Part shown: positions 24,339 through 39,467 of the stretch, piece after piece | Numbering within the stretch: the stretch's first letter is position 1 | How the letters are laid out: each line of letters starts with the position of its first letter | NCBI RefSeq assembly: GCF_006345805.1 | Contig: NC_043002.1 | Coordinates: 66,340,001-66,404,000, forward strand | Reading direction: 5' to 3' | Origin: Octopus sinensis | Lineage: Eukaryota | DNA: 64,000 nt | Made by a program: the position numbers and the translations under genes | Notes under the pieces: model-generated | The model's input: only the letters and a program-made list of their open reading frames with translations | The model's database searches: none | Told to the model about the DNA's origin: nothing

Positions 24339-27300
24339 AAGCTGCAATGAAGTTTAAAAATTAGAACGAAAGGTGAATATTTGTTTCTCATACACTAGTG
24401 AATGAGAAGACCTTGACTTTGCTCAGTAACAAATCTCTCTATTCAGCCCTAAACATGACTATCTGTAGAGATAGAAAAGACATGCAGACTGATAAGTACA
24501 TCAAACAGACTGGTTTAATCATCTGTGGATTAAAATCTAGCTAAGTGCACTTACAACTGTTGACAATAATCCCTTAAAGTAGGTGAGCATCTGCTTATGC
24601 CTAAAATGTTTTATATTTGTGAGGGAAAAGAAGAGCTGTGCATACAAGTTATTGATCAGCCAGACTGTCAAGACAGACCTTAACTAAATAGCCACTGACC
24701 AATACCGTGATAACAAGGGACTCTACATCAACCATATTCCACTGAATCACACTCTTCCGTCTTAAGAAAAGGCAAAAAAGATGCTGCTCTGTGTAGTCCT
24801 AGACATCATTATCATCATTTTGTCTGTTTTCCATGTTGGCATGAGTTGGATGGTTAAATAGGAGCTGGAAAACCAGAGGACTGTGCCAAGCTCTACTGCT
24901 TTGGCACAGTTTATATGACTGGACACCTTTCCTAAAGCCAACCACTTTATAGAGTGTAGTGGGTGCTTTTTATTGGCACCCACCAGCACTGATGAAAGGA
25001 TGGGTAAAAGTGGAATATCTTTGACCATAGGTATGCTCAATCAGAGATGGAGAAGAACTAAACTACAGCAACAATCAAATAAGAGAATGTTCAGATCATA
25101 CTACGATAATATAGCAAAATACGTCCATCATCATCGTTACCAACCAACCTTTCTAAATCGAGATTAGATAGTCTGATGTAATGGGTTCGAGGATTGTATT
25201 TTATTCCAATGGCTGCTTTGGCATAGTTTCTACTGCTTGATACCCTTCCTAATGCCCACCTCTTTACAGGCGTGTGCTGGGAGCCTTTTTCATGGCACCA
25301 GCACTAGTGATGTCACCATGCTGCTTGCAACACTAAAATCTCCTTCAAATGAGTGAAGCTACAAAAGAGGAACGTGGCTTTATGACAAGGGATGAACGGG
25401 TTAATAATGAAAGATGGCATTTTGGCTATTTCTGTAACCCTGTCCAGTATTGCTAGACAATAAGGTAACATGTACCTCGCTATCCTAGATTTTTGATAGG
25501 TCTTTGAGATTTTAGCAACCCTATTCATCAAGATAGTTGAGTGGATGTAATCACAGACATACACTTACTTATATGCTTTTTACTCTTTCTCTTGGTGGTA
25601 CATATATTTCTTCTAAACTACAAAGCTATCGTAATTTAGCAATCCTTTTGTATCTCAAAATAATTACTTCTTTCACAATAAAATGGCATGTATTACACAC
25701 ACACAGAGTTACTTTTGACATATATTGAAGACATTCTTTATTACTTCCTCCTTCACAAACTGTTTTCTTTATTCCTTGTAAGAAATTAAAGTTTAACCTG
25801 CCTAAACAAATGCTAGTGTTTGTACCTCAATGAAATACTGAAATAATACACACAGACACACGCGTATATATATAAAGATATAGATATGTGCAGCAGTCAT
25901 GCTTTTTCTAAAAAATTATGCTTGCCATATTTACTTATAGCACAGCTACAACCAAACTTTTTGACCAATTAAGTCATTCTCTCTTCTTTTAATGGTATTC
26001 TTATCAATATTATTCAACAATTCAAACCAATTCTTATCCAATTGCCCATAGTATAAATGTGTATTTTTCCATGTAAACAACATAAAATATGAATGATGAC
26101 ATACACATTTATGTTTTAACATTGCAGCAAGTTCAACAACTTCTTTGAGATGAACGTGTGTTCACAACACACTTGATTCATTAGGGTAAGGGAACTTTGG
26201 GGCACCTGGTGTTTCGAACTTGTTGTGTCTCCTCAGTTAATGCCACACTGGACTAATTAATCTAACAAGAGTTTAACATAAAATAACTTAAACAATATTG
26301 TCACAGTTCCTTCCAATAGCAACAAAATGAACAATCTGTTTGCCAGAAGGGATGATAACAGAAGCAGGAACTGTGGAAGGATAAAAATTATTTATGCAAA
26401 GTGTACAGTTTAGATATTTTTACTGGATAACATTTTAGGATTTTTACAACATTCATGAGCAATGTAATTTTGATTCCTAGCTGAAGTTGTTGCATCTCAC
26501 TTAGGCCATAATGACCGTGAGAAAAAGAATTGATTTCAAAATTCTATTATCTTTATTTGCCAGAAGTCAATAAGACTAATTGTTTAATAATGAATACATA
26601 TGCTAATCAGAAAAAAAGAAAAAGACAGTTTAGTAATCAACATCACTCATAATTGCTGAGCAAAAAGTGCTGTGTAAGAATGATTCCATGGTGATGTGGC
26701 TCCATTTTGGTCAATACTGTCTGTTATGAAGAAACCATGTATGGAACTTATGTCACTCAGTTAAGTAACCATTGCAATTTTGCAATCAGTTTACAGAGTT
26801 ACATAATGCTTATTATAATATCAACAATGTTATTTGCTGTAGATGATATCTTTATAGCAACCAAAAGGCTACGTCAAGATCAGACAGAAAAACAAAAAAA
26901 TTATGCTAATGGCAGAACCCAATCAATGCAATGCCATTGGGAAACATATTTCTAGTCAAGGAAGAAGATAATTACCAACAGGGATATATATTAATCCGAT
27001 TTGTTCTGGTTGGCTGCAGATATCTTATTGATTATTATTAATTTCACATGTTTTTAATAATGCACACATGATAATTAATGGGGAAAAAATGACTGCTTAT
27101 GAGACCAGATTAAAAAAAGGAAGTCATAATTTATTTAAAATATGTCCAAAGCATAAATATGAATAAGCATTCAGTTTTTCATTCAGTACAGCCTTATTTT
27201 CAAGCTTAGGTTACACTGCTGGATAGAGATGACTGCCACCATATTTTACGTAATGGACACTGCTGTTCAGACACAGCATGTTAGAACATGTTATGAAGCA

Positions 27301-30300
27301 TTGCCAATAGAGACATCAACAGCAGCAACCTAAATCTAACTGTATAACTCAATACTTAATACTCTAGAAGGATACTTTATATGTTGCTGCACAATCTCAT
27401 AGTCTTCCTCTCAAATTCTCCAATAACATACGGTACTAACAAATGTACAATTTCCATAAGACACATTTGAACTACAAGCACTTATCATGCAATGGAATCT
27501 AACTACCATACCTCCACTTTTCACTAAAAATACTTTGAGTCCCTACAGCATCAACTAAAATGCCTTGTAGTATGTTCTGGTTCCCCTGCATTCTGAGTTC
27601 AAATCCCACCAAGGTCAGCTTTGTCTTTCATCCTTTCATTACCATCATTTGATGCCTGTTTTCGATGCTGGTGTGGATTGGATGGTTTGACAGGAGCTGG
27701 CAAGCCAGAGAGCTGCACCAGGTTCCAATTGTTTTATTTTGGCATGGTTTCTATGGCTGGATGCCCTTCCTAATGCCAACCACTTTACAGAGTGTACTGG
27801 GTGCGTTTTATGTGGCTAATAAAAAGAAATAAAACATCAGTCTAGGTTGGCAGACAGATAGAACTGTAAGAACATAGGACTACTAATTTAGCACTCTTTG
27901 TTCCAGCTCTTTGCATTCAGAGTTCAAATCCTATCACGGCTTTACTTGGGTAGTAAACTTAAACTTTCACAGAGAGAAAGAGAGGTGGGGAGAAGGCATA
28001 CTCAAGGAAAAAGTAGTAAAACCTGAGATCTGTTCCTGATCAAACTGCTATAACTGAAACTATGATGAAACATCAAGTACATGACAAACTTAACAATAAA
28101 AGACAGCAAAATGAGATAAAGGAGGAAATGAATTCAATGGGGAAGATATTTCAACTAGATTAAACAAAACAGATTAATTCAAGGAGGAAGCAGGTTATGG
28201 CAAGTACTTTAAGTGACTTCAGGTAATTCTCTCTCTCTCTAATATGATGATACAATTTGAATGCAAACTTTTACAAAAAAAGACTGACAAATCAAGTCTC
28301 AAATTAAATGACAATGCTTGTTCTTGTTGCTAGGTGTGTTGTGATGTATAGGCTAGTTGATCAAAAATTGTTTTGATGTTTGCTCAATCATAAACAGAGA
28401 AGTATATGAAAGAAGCAAAGTACAAATGAGACGAACAGGTGCTTGGGCATTCAAAATGAAAAAAAAAGGGAAGAAAGAAAAGCACTTGCTGATTGATGGT
28501 AGGTAAGAAGTTAGAATGGTAATGACAGACATGTAATGCACATAGTCAACAACTTCTAATCACCACCTTCACAACAACCAGTATTATTATGATCAACATT
28601 AGTATCATCATTGTTGGTTTGCAGTCTACTTTTTTCAAGCTTGCATGTGAATGGGTCAGACAGAATTTACTGAGGCAGATTTTCTACAGCCAGATGCCCT
28701 TCCTGTCACCAACCCTTACTTGTTTCTGAGCAAGGTAATGTTACCCCATAGCCTTTCAGAAGATGAGAAGTGAACATCACTGCTTATATGATAGTGATGC
28801 TTGTTTACAACAATCACACAATGTTGTGACAAAGAGACACAAAAACACACTCATTCCCCATTTAGCCAAGGGCCCACAAGAAAAGGCATTTGCCCATGGT
28901 GCCATAGAGTGGGGCTAAATCTGAAACAATGTTCTTGGGAAGTGAACTCCTTAGGGAGCTAAAAGTAAAGTGTGTTGAGAGGTCAAGATGATGAAAAATA
29001 CAAGAGGAGTAGAGTCTGAGAATGTTAGTCCTCAGAATAATGATCACTGGATTGTGAAGAATAATGGTACACTCATTTAACTCATAACAGTAATAAGAAA
29101 GAATGATGGTGATGATATGTAAAAACTTACATGAAGACATTTAAGTTATCACACTGGGTATCAAAATAAATGTTTCTTCTGTTAGGTTTATTAAAATTGA
29201 AATTTATATATTTCATGATATTGACAAAACCTTGTAGCTTGTTGGATCCTGTCAAACCATCCAACACATGCCAGCAGATAAAACAGACATTAAATAATGG
29301 TGGTGATAGTATTTGTATTTAATGTATGTTTAAGCTTGGCATACGATTAATATTTCAAGTTCTAAACTATGTTTCACCTCTTTGTTTCCCTAGAAGACAC
29401 AAGCAACCTTTTTTGAGAAGCAGGCTGAATGAGACACTGCTTATAATGAAGCAGGTCGTAATACTAAAAAAAATTTAAGGTAATTTTTCATTAGGCATAC
29501 CATTCAGAAAGTCCCATGGGCCACAGTTCTCTTATGACTGCTCTGAAGGAACGTAAAGCCTATTAACTTTACAGCACAGCTCTTAATTGGTGATAGTCAT
29601 TAACATTTTGTAGTACTAAAATTCCAAAATCCTTTTCTAATATCCTAAAATAGATCAGTCTGCTACTCAACAGAAATTAAATCGTTTCAATATTACTATT
29701 GAGGAAACTCCATTATTGTTAGGTGTACTATATGACCATTTAATTAACATGGGTTAGTTTACTCTTTCCATCAACAAAATTGAGAAAATCAGCATTAGCA
29801 ATATAGTGAGAATTCATTTGGCTTATTGCCTACATTGGAAAAAAATCTTAATCATAGTCTACAGAAATTATTATCACTAGATTAAGCTTAGTCAGAGGAA
29901 TTAATACAATTTCTGAAAAACTGCCATACAAAGATTAAGATTAAGAATACAGGCACAAACATGACAGTGTGGTTGGTTGACTCACTTCCCAATCACATAG
30001 TTTTGTGAGAGTCTTATGTAACAAGGGGATTTGGTAAATGGAAACTGAAAGAAACCTGTCCTATGTGTGTGCAACACCTTGTGTTGGCATTACATAATAG
30101 CTGTAAATGTACATTGCCATCATACAAGCAATGACAATTTTCAATCTTCCATGAAAATGTGTTCAGGTCTGAGAAAATATAACTTTGCTTGGAAACAGGT
30201 GAGAGTTGGTGTATGGGCATCTGGCCATAGAAAACTTGCCTCAATGAATTTCCATCAAAGCACAGAAAAAAATGGGTGTTGATGATGATTACGAGGATTG

Positions 30301-30843
30301 TTCTGGAATGAAATGGTGCACCTGTGTTAAACAGAGCTTGAATATTTATCTTCTCACATGTAACTCTGAGGATCTGGCCTCAACTCTACAAAGTTTAGCT
30401 AAGAATTCATCAATTATATTTAGTCTCCATATCTCACAGAGAGATGAAGTATGCCTCTCCATAGAATCTAGTTACAGACAAAGCTTAAGATAACAAAATA
30501 AATAAATAAAGATCTTTACAAAAAGATCACATCAGTAACACTTCAGTTGCTAGGTCAGAATCCTAAAAATCCTCATGCAACAGACACCTTTATGATAATG
30601 ATAACTTAAAGGAACATAATAATGGTTTGAAAATTTGGCACAAAGCCAGCAGTTTTAGGGGAGGGGGCAAATTGATTACACAGACTCTAGGGTTTGGTTG
30701 GTATTTATTTTATCACCATTGAAAGGATGTAAAGCATTGCCAACCTTGATGGAATTTGAACTCAGCAAGCAAAGAGCCAGAAGTAATAAGTCACTAAGCA
30801 TTTTGTCCTACATGCCAACAATTCAGTCAGCTTACCTTTCAAG

Positions 30844-31651
30844 CAGTGGTGGCTCGTAGATGAAATTAGTGGAGGGTGCTGCTTCAGAAAATTTTTAGTT
30901 GTTGTTTTAATATTTTTTTATTCTGTTGTTTTTATTCAGAATAAACATTGGTTGCCAAGAGATGGTGGGGGGTGGGGACAAACACAGACAACCATATACA
31001 CACATATGCATATATATATATATGTATACGACGAGCTTCTTTCAGTTTCCCTTTACCAAATCCACTCACAAGGCTTTGGTCGGCCCGAAGCTATAGTAGA
31101 AGACACTTGCCCAAGGTGCCATGCAGTAGGACTGAACCTGGAACCATGCGGTTGGTAAGCAAGCTACTTACCACACAGCTGCACCTGTGTAAATATTTTT
31201 CAAATCCTGGCAGCTACACTGAAGCTGGAAGCAGGATAATAATCTAATTGTACAATTTATCATATTCAAGATTATAAACACATTTTTAAGCACAACATAC
31301 GTGGGGTCAAAAAGAAACACTGCCTTTCACCAGAACACCAGGGTCAGCAATGTGTTAACCACAGTGCTCTCTCTCCCTAGCGTGCAGCTTCCTATCTTGG
31401 ATATGTGAGCATGCACACAACAGCCAAACACTGCATCACTGGAACTGTGAAGTGCACAATTCTATATAAGGATTTTTGAATTTTCTTCATAAACCAGGGT
31501 ATGGCTACTGTTATTAAGCTGAAGGATTATATAATGTACAAGTATAAAGAATTAAAGTAAAAAAGGTCTCATTATATTGAATGTTATCAATAATATCAAG
31601 TGAAATAGAGGGTGCTGCAGTTCCGCAGTACCTATACACAAGCCGCCACTG
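30844..31651. mobile_element. hAT-type non-autonomous element, 808 bp, 8-bp TSD
   Basis: TIR CAGTGGTGGCTCGT vs CAGTGGCGGCTTGT (12/14). TSD CTTTCAAG at 30836-30843 and 31652-31659. Subterminal GAGGGTGCTGC near both ends. Contains a nested family A SINE. Confidence 0.85.
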
Positions 31652-34611
31652 CTTTCAAGTGAACATAATCATATGTGATAGTTATAACCGGACAAATTAG
31701 TGAAGCTGTGGTGAGAGATTCTACCTTTATTTCAAACTTTCATGTTGATATAGACTAATTAACATGACAAAATTACAACTGTAGGTCATTTACTGAATTC
31801 TTGTACTGATAAAATCAATAAAGTTGGCTAGACATGAAGACAGTGAGTAAAAAGAGGGGGGAAAAAAATTCATTTTATTTTCATATTGCTAAAAGTGTTC
31901 AAGAGAGATGAGTGTGGAGAGAAAATAAATCTGAAGAGAAAAGCAGCAAGAACTGAAATATCCAAGCTGACTTGGTTACACTTTCATCGTTAGTAGAACT
32001 AATTGAAATGATGATATGGGGCGAGATCCATCTTTAAGTTATTTAGTCTGTTACATACAATCCCATCAACGAGAGAGAGAGAAAGAGGGTGGGATCTAGC
32101 TCACTCTGGTTTATTGAAGAACAACACAATTCCAGTATCAGATTTCTACAATAAACAACAAAAATCTGTTTGTCCAATGCAACTGATGTGTAAAGAAGTT
32201 ACAAGTTGATTTTACAAAATCTTTACTAGTGAGTGAGTCACACCTTACTGTTACTGAGAATCTAACATGGTTGACTGGGCATTCTGCCTGTTTTGATGAC
32301 AGTACTTTTTGGCATTGAAGCCAAACAAACACATGCATACAGAACTATATATATATATATGAGAGAGAGATTACAATTCATTAATTGAACATGAATGACA
32401 AACATTTTCCCCCTCCTCATACATATTAAGAGAAATATCTTTACATAAATGAACAGCGGGGAGAGAAAGGGAGAGTAAGATGGAGAAAGGAGAGAGAAAA
32501 TGAAAGGAACATTAAAATGATATCAAATAATCTGGCATTAATTCATTGATGCCAAATAGGCAGCACCAAAACTGATGCCAAAACATCTAATACGATCAAA
32601 CTAACAAATGAAAGACTGTGGGTAACTCAGGATTTTGGTAATACGATGATGGTTATTTCATATCACATAAGAAATTAAACCAGATATTGCTAAATCCCTT
32701 TAGGCGATATGTTCTGTATTTATCTGCTACATAAAGTATTAAATGAAGCTTTTTATAAGAGGAATCTCCCCGACGGTTGTTGCAAGTGAAAGTGCTCATA
32801 AGGATTAATCAAACGAAATTATTAGTTGCAGTAATCTCTGGCAATTTAAAGTAAACTATTCACTAAGGAAATTGCTTTTAGAATTTAATCTTTCTATAAA
32901 GCAACTCAAATTATTTTTACAAGCTGTAGAAAAAAGCATTCCCAGTCTGGAATCATGATCAGATTCCAGTCTAAGTTAAAACTCTTAAAATAATTCAGAA
33001 AAAACGGTTGAGGATAATTTCAGGGAAGGAAGAAGTGTAAAAGACAAGCAAAAACAAATTATGTCAGTTACCAAGCTGCTTAAAGCTAAAGTAGTATAGA
33101 ACCTTTCTTCTCTTACTGCCGACTTGTTAAAAAAACTACACTTGGATTCTGACATTGGCTTCCAGCCTTTAAGTGAGGATATGGTAGATAATCCTCTAAA
33201 TATAACCATTGAATTTCTCAGGTCTTTTATTAGATAGCTCAAAGGTGCTGAAGGGAAGAATTACAAGAGTATCAGATCAAATCTCTAGCTGCATTTAGTT
33301 ACAGACCTTTACATTTAGTTCAAAACAAGTGGCAATTGAATGCTTTTGTTCTGGAGTGAATAAAATATGTATACATTAGTTACTGTATCTGATCTCATAG
33401 ACAGTAAAATATCCTTTATCACATGTTTAGTGTGCTAAAAACTTTTTTTTCCTGATTATCTGTTCTGAAATTGGGATATATCCAATGTACGTACCCAGGT
33501 GTCTTTTATGCTAAGTACTGTAGTTGATTTACTCAACTATGCGCTTTCACCTTGTGCTTAAGTTAGAAAAATAGTGACTCGGCTGCTTGTCTGACCAAAC
33601 TAATGGCATGGAATGATCAAGTGAATAAAACTGTGGTTGCTTGCTTCTAGTTATGGCCATCTTATCTTTATTACTGAGCACAATATTCTTAGATTTAGTA
33701 CTAAAATGGTCAAGTGTTTGTCAAGGGAGACTGCATCAAATTAATCAGGCAAATCATGTAGCAATGTAGAAGCTCTTGAAATTAAACTTCAGATCTCTGG
33801 TAAGATGTCTAAGTATAGAAATAACGTCAAATCTGCGCACGCATGCACGTGCACACACACACACAACATTTATTAGCTTCTAATATATAGTACTCTTCTT
33901 GCTTGCATCAGATACAGGAGAAAGAGAGTGTACAATTATTTCTCTCAGTTTTATCAGTGTTTATGGTTCTTTCCATCAGCAAAGATTCTGAAAATAGTGT
34001 CATCATTATTTAATGTCTGTTTTTCCCAGCTGGTATGGTTGGGCAGTTTGACAGGCTCCAATGAGTTGTAGGACAGCATCAAGCTCCAACACCATCTTTG
34101 GTAAGGTTTTTAATGCTAACCACTTCAGAGAGTGAACGGAGTGCTTTTCTTGTACCACTGACACTAGAAGTCACCAAGTAATTTGCAAGACAGGAAAAGA
34201 GCAGGAAAAAGAAAAAGAGAAGCCAGTGTGGGAGGTGAAAGTATAAATGAGGGACAAGTGCAGATAATGATGTGGTGCCAGAATTCTTTTCCTTCATCAG
34301 TTTTATTTTGACAATCTTCCTTACACATGTCCTGTTTTAAACTCAAAAGGCCTTCATGTAAGACAACCTAAATCTCTGACACTGTCCTCATAAGTTCTGT
34401 ACAATTACAAGTGTAGAGAAAGTTGAATAATTTCCGCTACAACCCTTTATATCTTTTGAATGCAGTAGTTTCTCTTTTTCTACCAAGGTAGCTAATTAGT
34501 TCATTTGTTTCCAAAACAATCCAGTTATGTTAGCATTTACAATTTGTAGCCATCATTTGTGATAACTTTTAAAAATTCAGTAACATATCTGGTTGTTACA
34601 ATGCTATCATC

Positions 34612-35020
34612 TGCAGGTGCAGTTGTGTGGTAAGGAGTTAGCTTTCCAACCACATGATTCTATGTTCAATCCCACTGTGTGGCACCTTGGGTAAATGTCT
34701 TATATTGTAGCATTAGGTTGACCAAAGCCTTGTAAGTGGATCTGGTAGACAAAAACTGAAATAACCCCATTGTATATATTTACATCTATGTGTGTGTGTG
34801 CATCTTTGTAACTGTGTTTGTCTCACCCCACTGCTTCCACTGCTTGACAACAGGTATTGGTGTGTTTATCTCCCCACAACTTAGCAATTCAGCAAAAGAG
34901 TCTGACAAAATATGTACCAGCCTTTAAAAAATAAGTACTGGGGTCGATTCATTTGGCTAAAAATTCTTCAAGACGATGCCCCAGCCTGACCACAGTCAAA
35001 TAGCTGAAACCAGTAAAAGG
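34612..35020 (+). mobile_element. SINE family A, tail type 1
   Basis: gttgtgtggtaaggagttagctttccaaccacatg head, ctggtagacaaaaactgaaa core, TG repeat, ccccacaacttagcaattcagcaaaag and actggggtcgattcatttggctaa tail. Confidence 0.8.
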
Positions 35021-36399
35021 TATGTACCTTCTACAACCCAACATTATGGATTCCACAAGATTTTCTAAACTTCTCAAATCAGAAAATATTTCATTAGTTT
35101 CTCTTGTAGTTCTAATTTTTTCTTAGCATGTTTTTCTTTTTTGGTGGGGGTGGGACTGCTACTAATAAGTATATGTACCAAATATCTCAGTGTTTGAACT
35201 TTGATGGCAAAGTACCAACCAAGTGAAATCAAGAACCACCAACATTCAGTAATCAGTGTATTCCTGTGTGTGCATATTTGTGTGTGTGTGTGTTGGGAAA
35301 ATAGCACTCAGGAACATAATGCTGTTTAAGGCAAACCATATCCACTATCATGGGTAGTAGCATGAATTGGTTGACTTTGGGTTGGTTGGAAAAACTGCTA
35401 TCTGTTGGGAAATATAGGCCATACAGATGAAACGCTACAGGATTGCAAACTTGGCAAACCCTCACTACCAAAGGTAAAAATAAAAAAAGGATATTGAGGT
35501 AATAATAGCAGATTCAACCATCATTATCAGAATTTCTTATTTAATACAAAACTGTACTTCTTGTACTGCTATTATTACACACCATTCCACCACCACCAGT
35601 AGAAGATAAAAGAAACAGAATAGTTAAATGGTAAGCATCAAGCATCATAAAAAAATAACAGAGAAAGAAAGAGGAGTGAGAAAGAAAGAGAATAAGATAT
35701 CATATAGCAGGTTAAGAGTCTAAGAAAAGAAACTGATTAGATAGCTGTAGAAGTAAGCCATTCTTGGTAAGATTGCAGATATCTTGGAGCCTACTATTAA
35801 CAAAGTTTGCATTGCCCAGCAATTCTGTTATTGGCACAATGGATCAAGACAGAATTTATAGTCACGTTATATATTCCTACCCATCTGCACACACAGCAAA
35901 AGTTTATGAAATACAGAAGGAGGTTGAAAGTTATTGGTAAACATCTGAATTACATGTGTGCTAAGCAAGGGCAATTACACAAAAAATACTTTTAGATTTT
36001 AATAAGACAAAAAGGAAAACGAGATAGATATGAAAAGCAAAGCAATTTTACTTAAGTGAGTGGGTGGAGGTGGGTGTCAGTAGAGCAGATGACAAAAAGT
36101 CTTCAACAACAGTAATTTATTTGCCACACGAGCAATGGATGATAGGATAATATGTGAACAGGTTTCAAACATTTTGTGGGGTGGGGGACAAGGTGTTAAT
36201 AGAAGTTGAATGAGAAATGTAAAAAAAAAATAAAAATTTACATGGTACACAAACTATTTTAAACAATTGCAGCATGGAAGATGTTTACATTTTAAAATGT
36301 TCTGAAAATAGGAGCTTCAAATAAGAACTACAGAAGAACCTTAAAGTTTCTTAGATTACTCTGACTACCAAGGCTAAATGCCCTGTCTCTTGCTAATCT

Positions 36400-37010
36400 C
36401 CAGTCAACAAGTGTATGCAAAGAGTGGGCTCATTTGCTTGAGTCAAGTTTACAACTTTTCATCACCTTTCACCTGGAAGATGTGTCTGCGTGTGTGAGTG
36501 CATGAGTTAGCAATGTTTTTGGTGCTAAATGAGTGCCGGCAGAATGGTTTCATTGCTTTGTGTACATTTCGGACAGGCACCAATGAATGCAATTTTATGC
36601 TTGCAAAAGTTACCTGACAATGTCAATGTCAACCAGTAGGCCAATATCAACTGCTAGACCAAGAGCACAGAGGCCAAAAGTCTTGTAGAATAGATCAGTC
36701 ACTTGGGTCTTGTTGGTTGCCAGAGTTACCACAAGAATACTGTTATTGCTCTTGCTCATTACTACTTCTCTTTAGAATTCCAACATGGCAGTTCTTCCCA
36801 ACTGCTCTGCCCAATTAGCAGAGATCTGTGAATACCTGGTAACATTCCAAATACCAGACATCAATCCTGGTCTTCATTTAACCAAGGACTGCAGCTCTGT
36901 CATAGAGACAAGGTGATTGCAACTGTTTGCTGTCCAAGAATCTTTATAGATGCCACAGCCTTAGCACATATCTATGCATCATCAGAGCAATTCACACAGA
37001 TGGATCACCT
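36400..37010 (-). mobile_element. Probable degraded L1/Tx1-like LINE ORF2 C-terminal fragment
   Basis: GC-balanced island. Broken minus-strand frames give LFYKTFG...LAYW...ACPKCTQSNETILPALI (CPKC at 36575-36564), resembling the C-terminal Cys/His motif of L1/Tx1 ORF2 proteins. Stops and frameshifts throughout. Confidence 0.5.
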
Positions 37011-39413
37011 GACCAGCAAAACATGTCCCTTCCATAAGTTATGAAAAAAAAAAAAGAAAGAAAAAGGCAGAATTCTTGAGCCAGTGTAGAAGTCCACATT
37101 ACCATTACTGAAGGTGAAATCTTAAAAAACATCTCTGGAAGCTAAAACTGTGAGTTGTTAACTAGTATTTTTCACTTTATGACAAGAAGTAATGAATCTT
37201 AATCATGGTACAATGTTGAAGACATCTACGGTATTATTCTGCCACAGTTTTTGCAAAAAAGCTATGCATTTTGAATGCTATAGCATTTTCCACTCCTGTG
37301 TTCCCTTCAGTAAGCACACTCACTCTCTCTTTGTTTCTCCTTTCAGCCATACCACTCCAGACCACTCATGCCTGTGCTAAGCACATTCTATTTCTCTCTC
37401 TCTTTTTCTCTACCTCTTCCTAAAACTATTTAATCACATAGCATAACAACAATCTCTTTCTCTTAGCTCTCATCACTAACACTCCCTTTCTCAATTAGTC
37501 ACATGACAGCATCACATATTTGGCTTTGGCATAGATTTAGATAACAATAATAATAATAATAATAATAATAACCAGTGGAGCAGCAGATGCCCTATACATT
37601 TAATTCTATTCCTACTACATTCCACCTTCAAATACTGTTGGAGTTGACTATATTTCATACCCTACCTTACCCCACCAAGACACTGAATGTAATGGAATTA
37701 ATCCAATTGATCATAATCCTTCCATGCAAACCAGGGCTTTGTGTCGAATGTAAATATAAAAATATAGAATATTACATAAAGCAACTTTATACATTAATTG
37801 TAGTGCTGTATACAGTGGAATTGTCTTTCATCTTTGCGGATGGAATATACTTAGAATTAGTAAATTTCTTTTAATGACAAATACACATGCCAAGTTTTGG
37901 AGAGAAAGAAGATACACAGTTGATTGAATTGGCTAGTCTGTCATAGGAATTTATTTTGTTGATATACAAAAGATAAAATACAAATTCCATCCAAGATTTA
38001 AACAACAAAACTATAAGGTACCAAAACCTATTGTCCTTGCCAAGTTAACCCTTTCTCTGACGGTACGTCTAATGAGTAAAGTGCCAATGTTTTAATTTTC
38101 AATTTCAAGAACTTAGTAGGAAGGTTTAGTAAAATATCTAAATTTATATATTGATAAAGTATGTTAATTCAATTAATCTTGGAATACTGTTCATACTATA
38201 ATGAGGGGCCGATAATAAAAAGTGGGGTTAGGAATCTGTTTTAGTTTCTGGCAATAATAATAAACAAAACAAAGTTGATATCATGATAAATATTAAGAAA
38301 GAGATTAATGCCCCCTGCCCAACAAGAAAGGGGGATCCCCCACCTTACCACAAAAAACTTATGGTTTGCCAATTGTTTTCTTAATTAACAATTTCATCAG
38401 TAGAATTGGTATCCGGAAAGATATCATCCAACCATGGACAATCTTCAACAAATTCCATCTGATCCATGGAAGCATGGAATAGAGGACATAAAGACGATAA
38501 TGAGGATCATAGTAATGCAGTTTGCAAGTCTGGCATGCTGGACATCCACACATAGAATATCCACCATGTTGGTTTGTGAAGGACTTCGTCGCCTAATCAG
38601 TGTCCGAGTTGTACATGGAGTTCTCAGACTTAAAAATAGTCTCTATTTTAAAGACAGTAGAGATTTGCTGGTAGGTATAGAGCAGGTAAACTGTACAGAA
38701 GCTCCCTTGATGACTGGAGCTTTGCATTATGTAACTGACATAATATAAACATTAAGATGTAGAGACTAATAACTATCACTCTCTTTAGTTCCATATAAGG
38801 CAGTAGATTAGGAGAAAAATAATTGGCTCAATTAATAAAATTTGATGGAATGTAATTGATTTCTAAATAAGTGCTTACACATGTTGAATACATACAAATA
38901 TATAGACTTAGGTTTTGTCATAAACCCAGATTCATATAGCTGAAGCATAACCTGGTTTGCATGGCCATCAAATGACTGAGGTCACACTGCTCCACCCCAA
39001 ATGGGATGCCACTCTGCAGCAGGTTCAACTTCTCTTAAATTGCTGGTACTTATTTACAGCTAAGTGGACTGAGGCAACATCATGAAATGAAGTGTTTTGC
39101 TCAAAAACAACACATTGCCCAGTCTAGGAATTGAAACTATGAAGCTTTAATTTTAAGTGCAACACCATAGCCACTAAGCCATGCACATTCACAAATGCAT
39201 AAAACACAAGATAAAAGTGAATGCAAAATTGAGATCATAAGATTTGTAAATGGTTTCTCTGAAATTCCTCAGTTACTCATGTTCCAAAAATAGATAGTGA
39301 TCAAATAACTATATCTGCAATCACAAGTAGTGCCTTCTTTGGTTGTGACACTATCTTAAAATAAATCTTGTAATGAAGTTTACCAGCCAGTTCTACAATA
39401 TTCATACATACAT

Positions 39414-39467
<54 letters not shown>

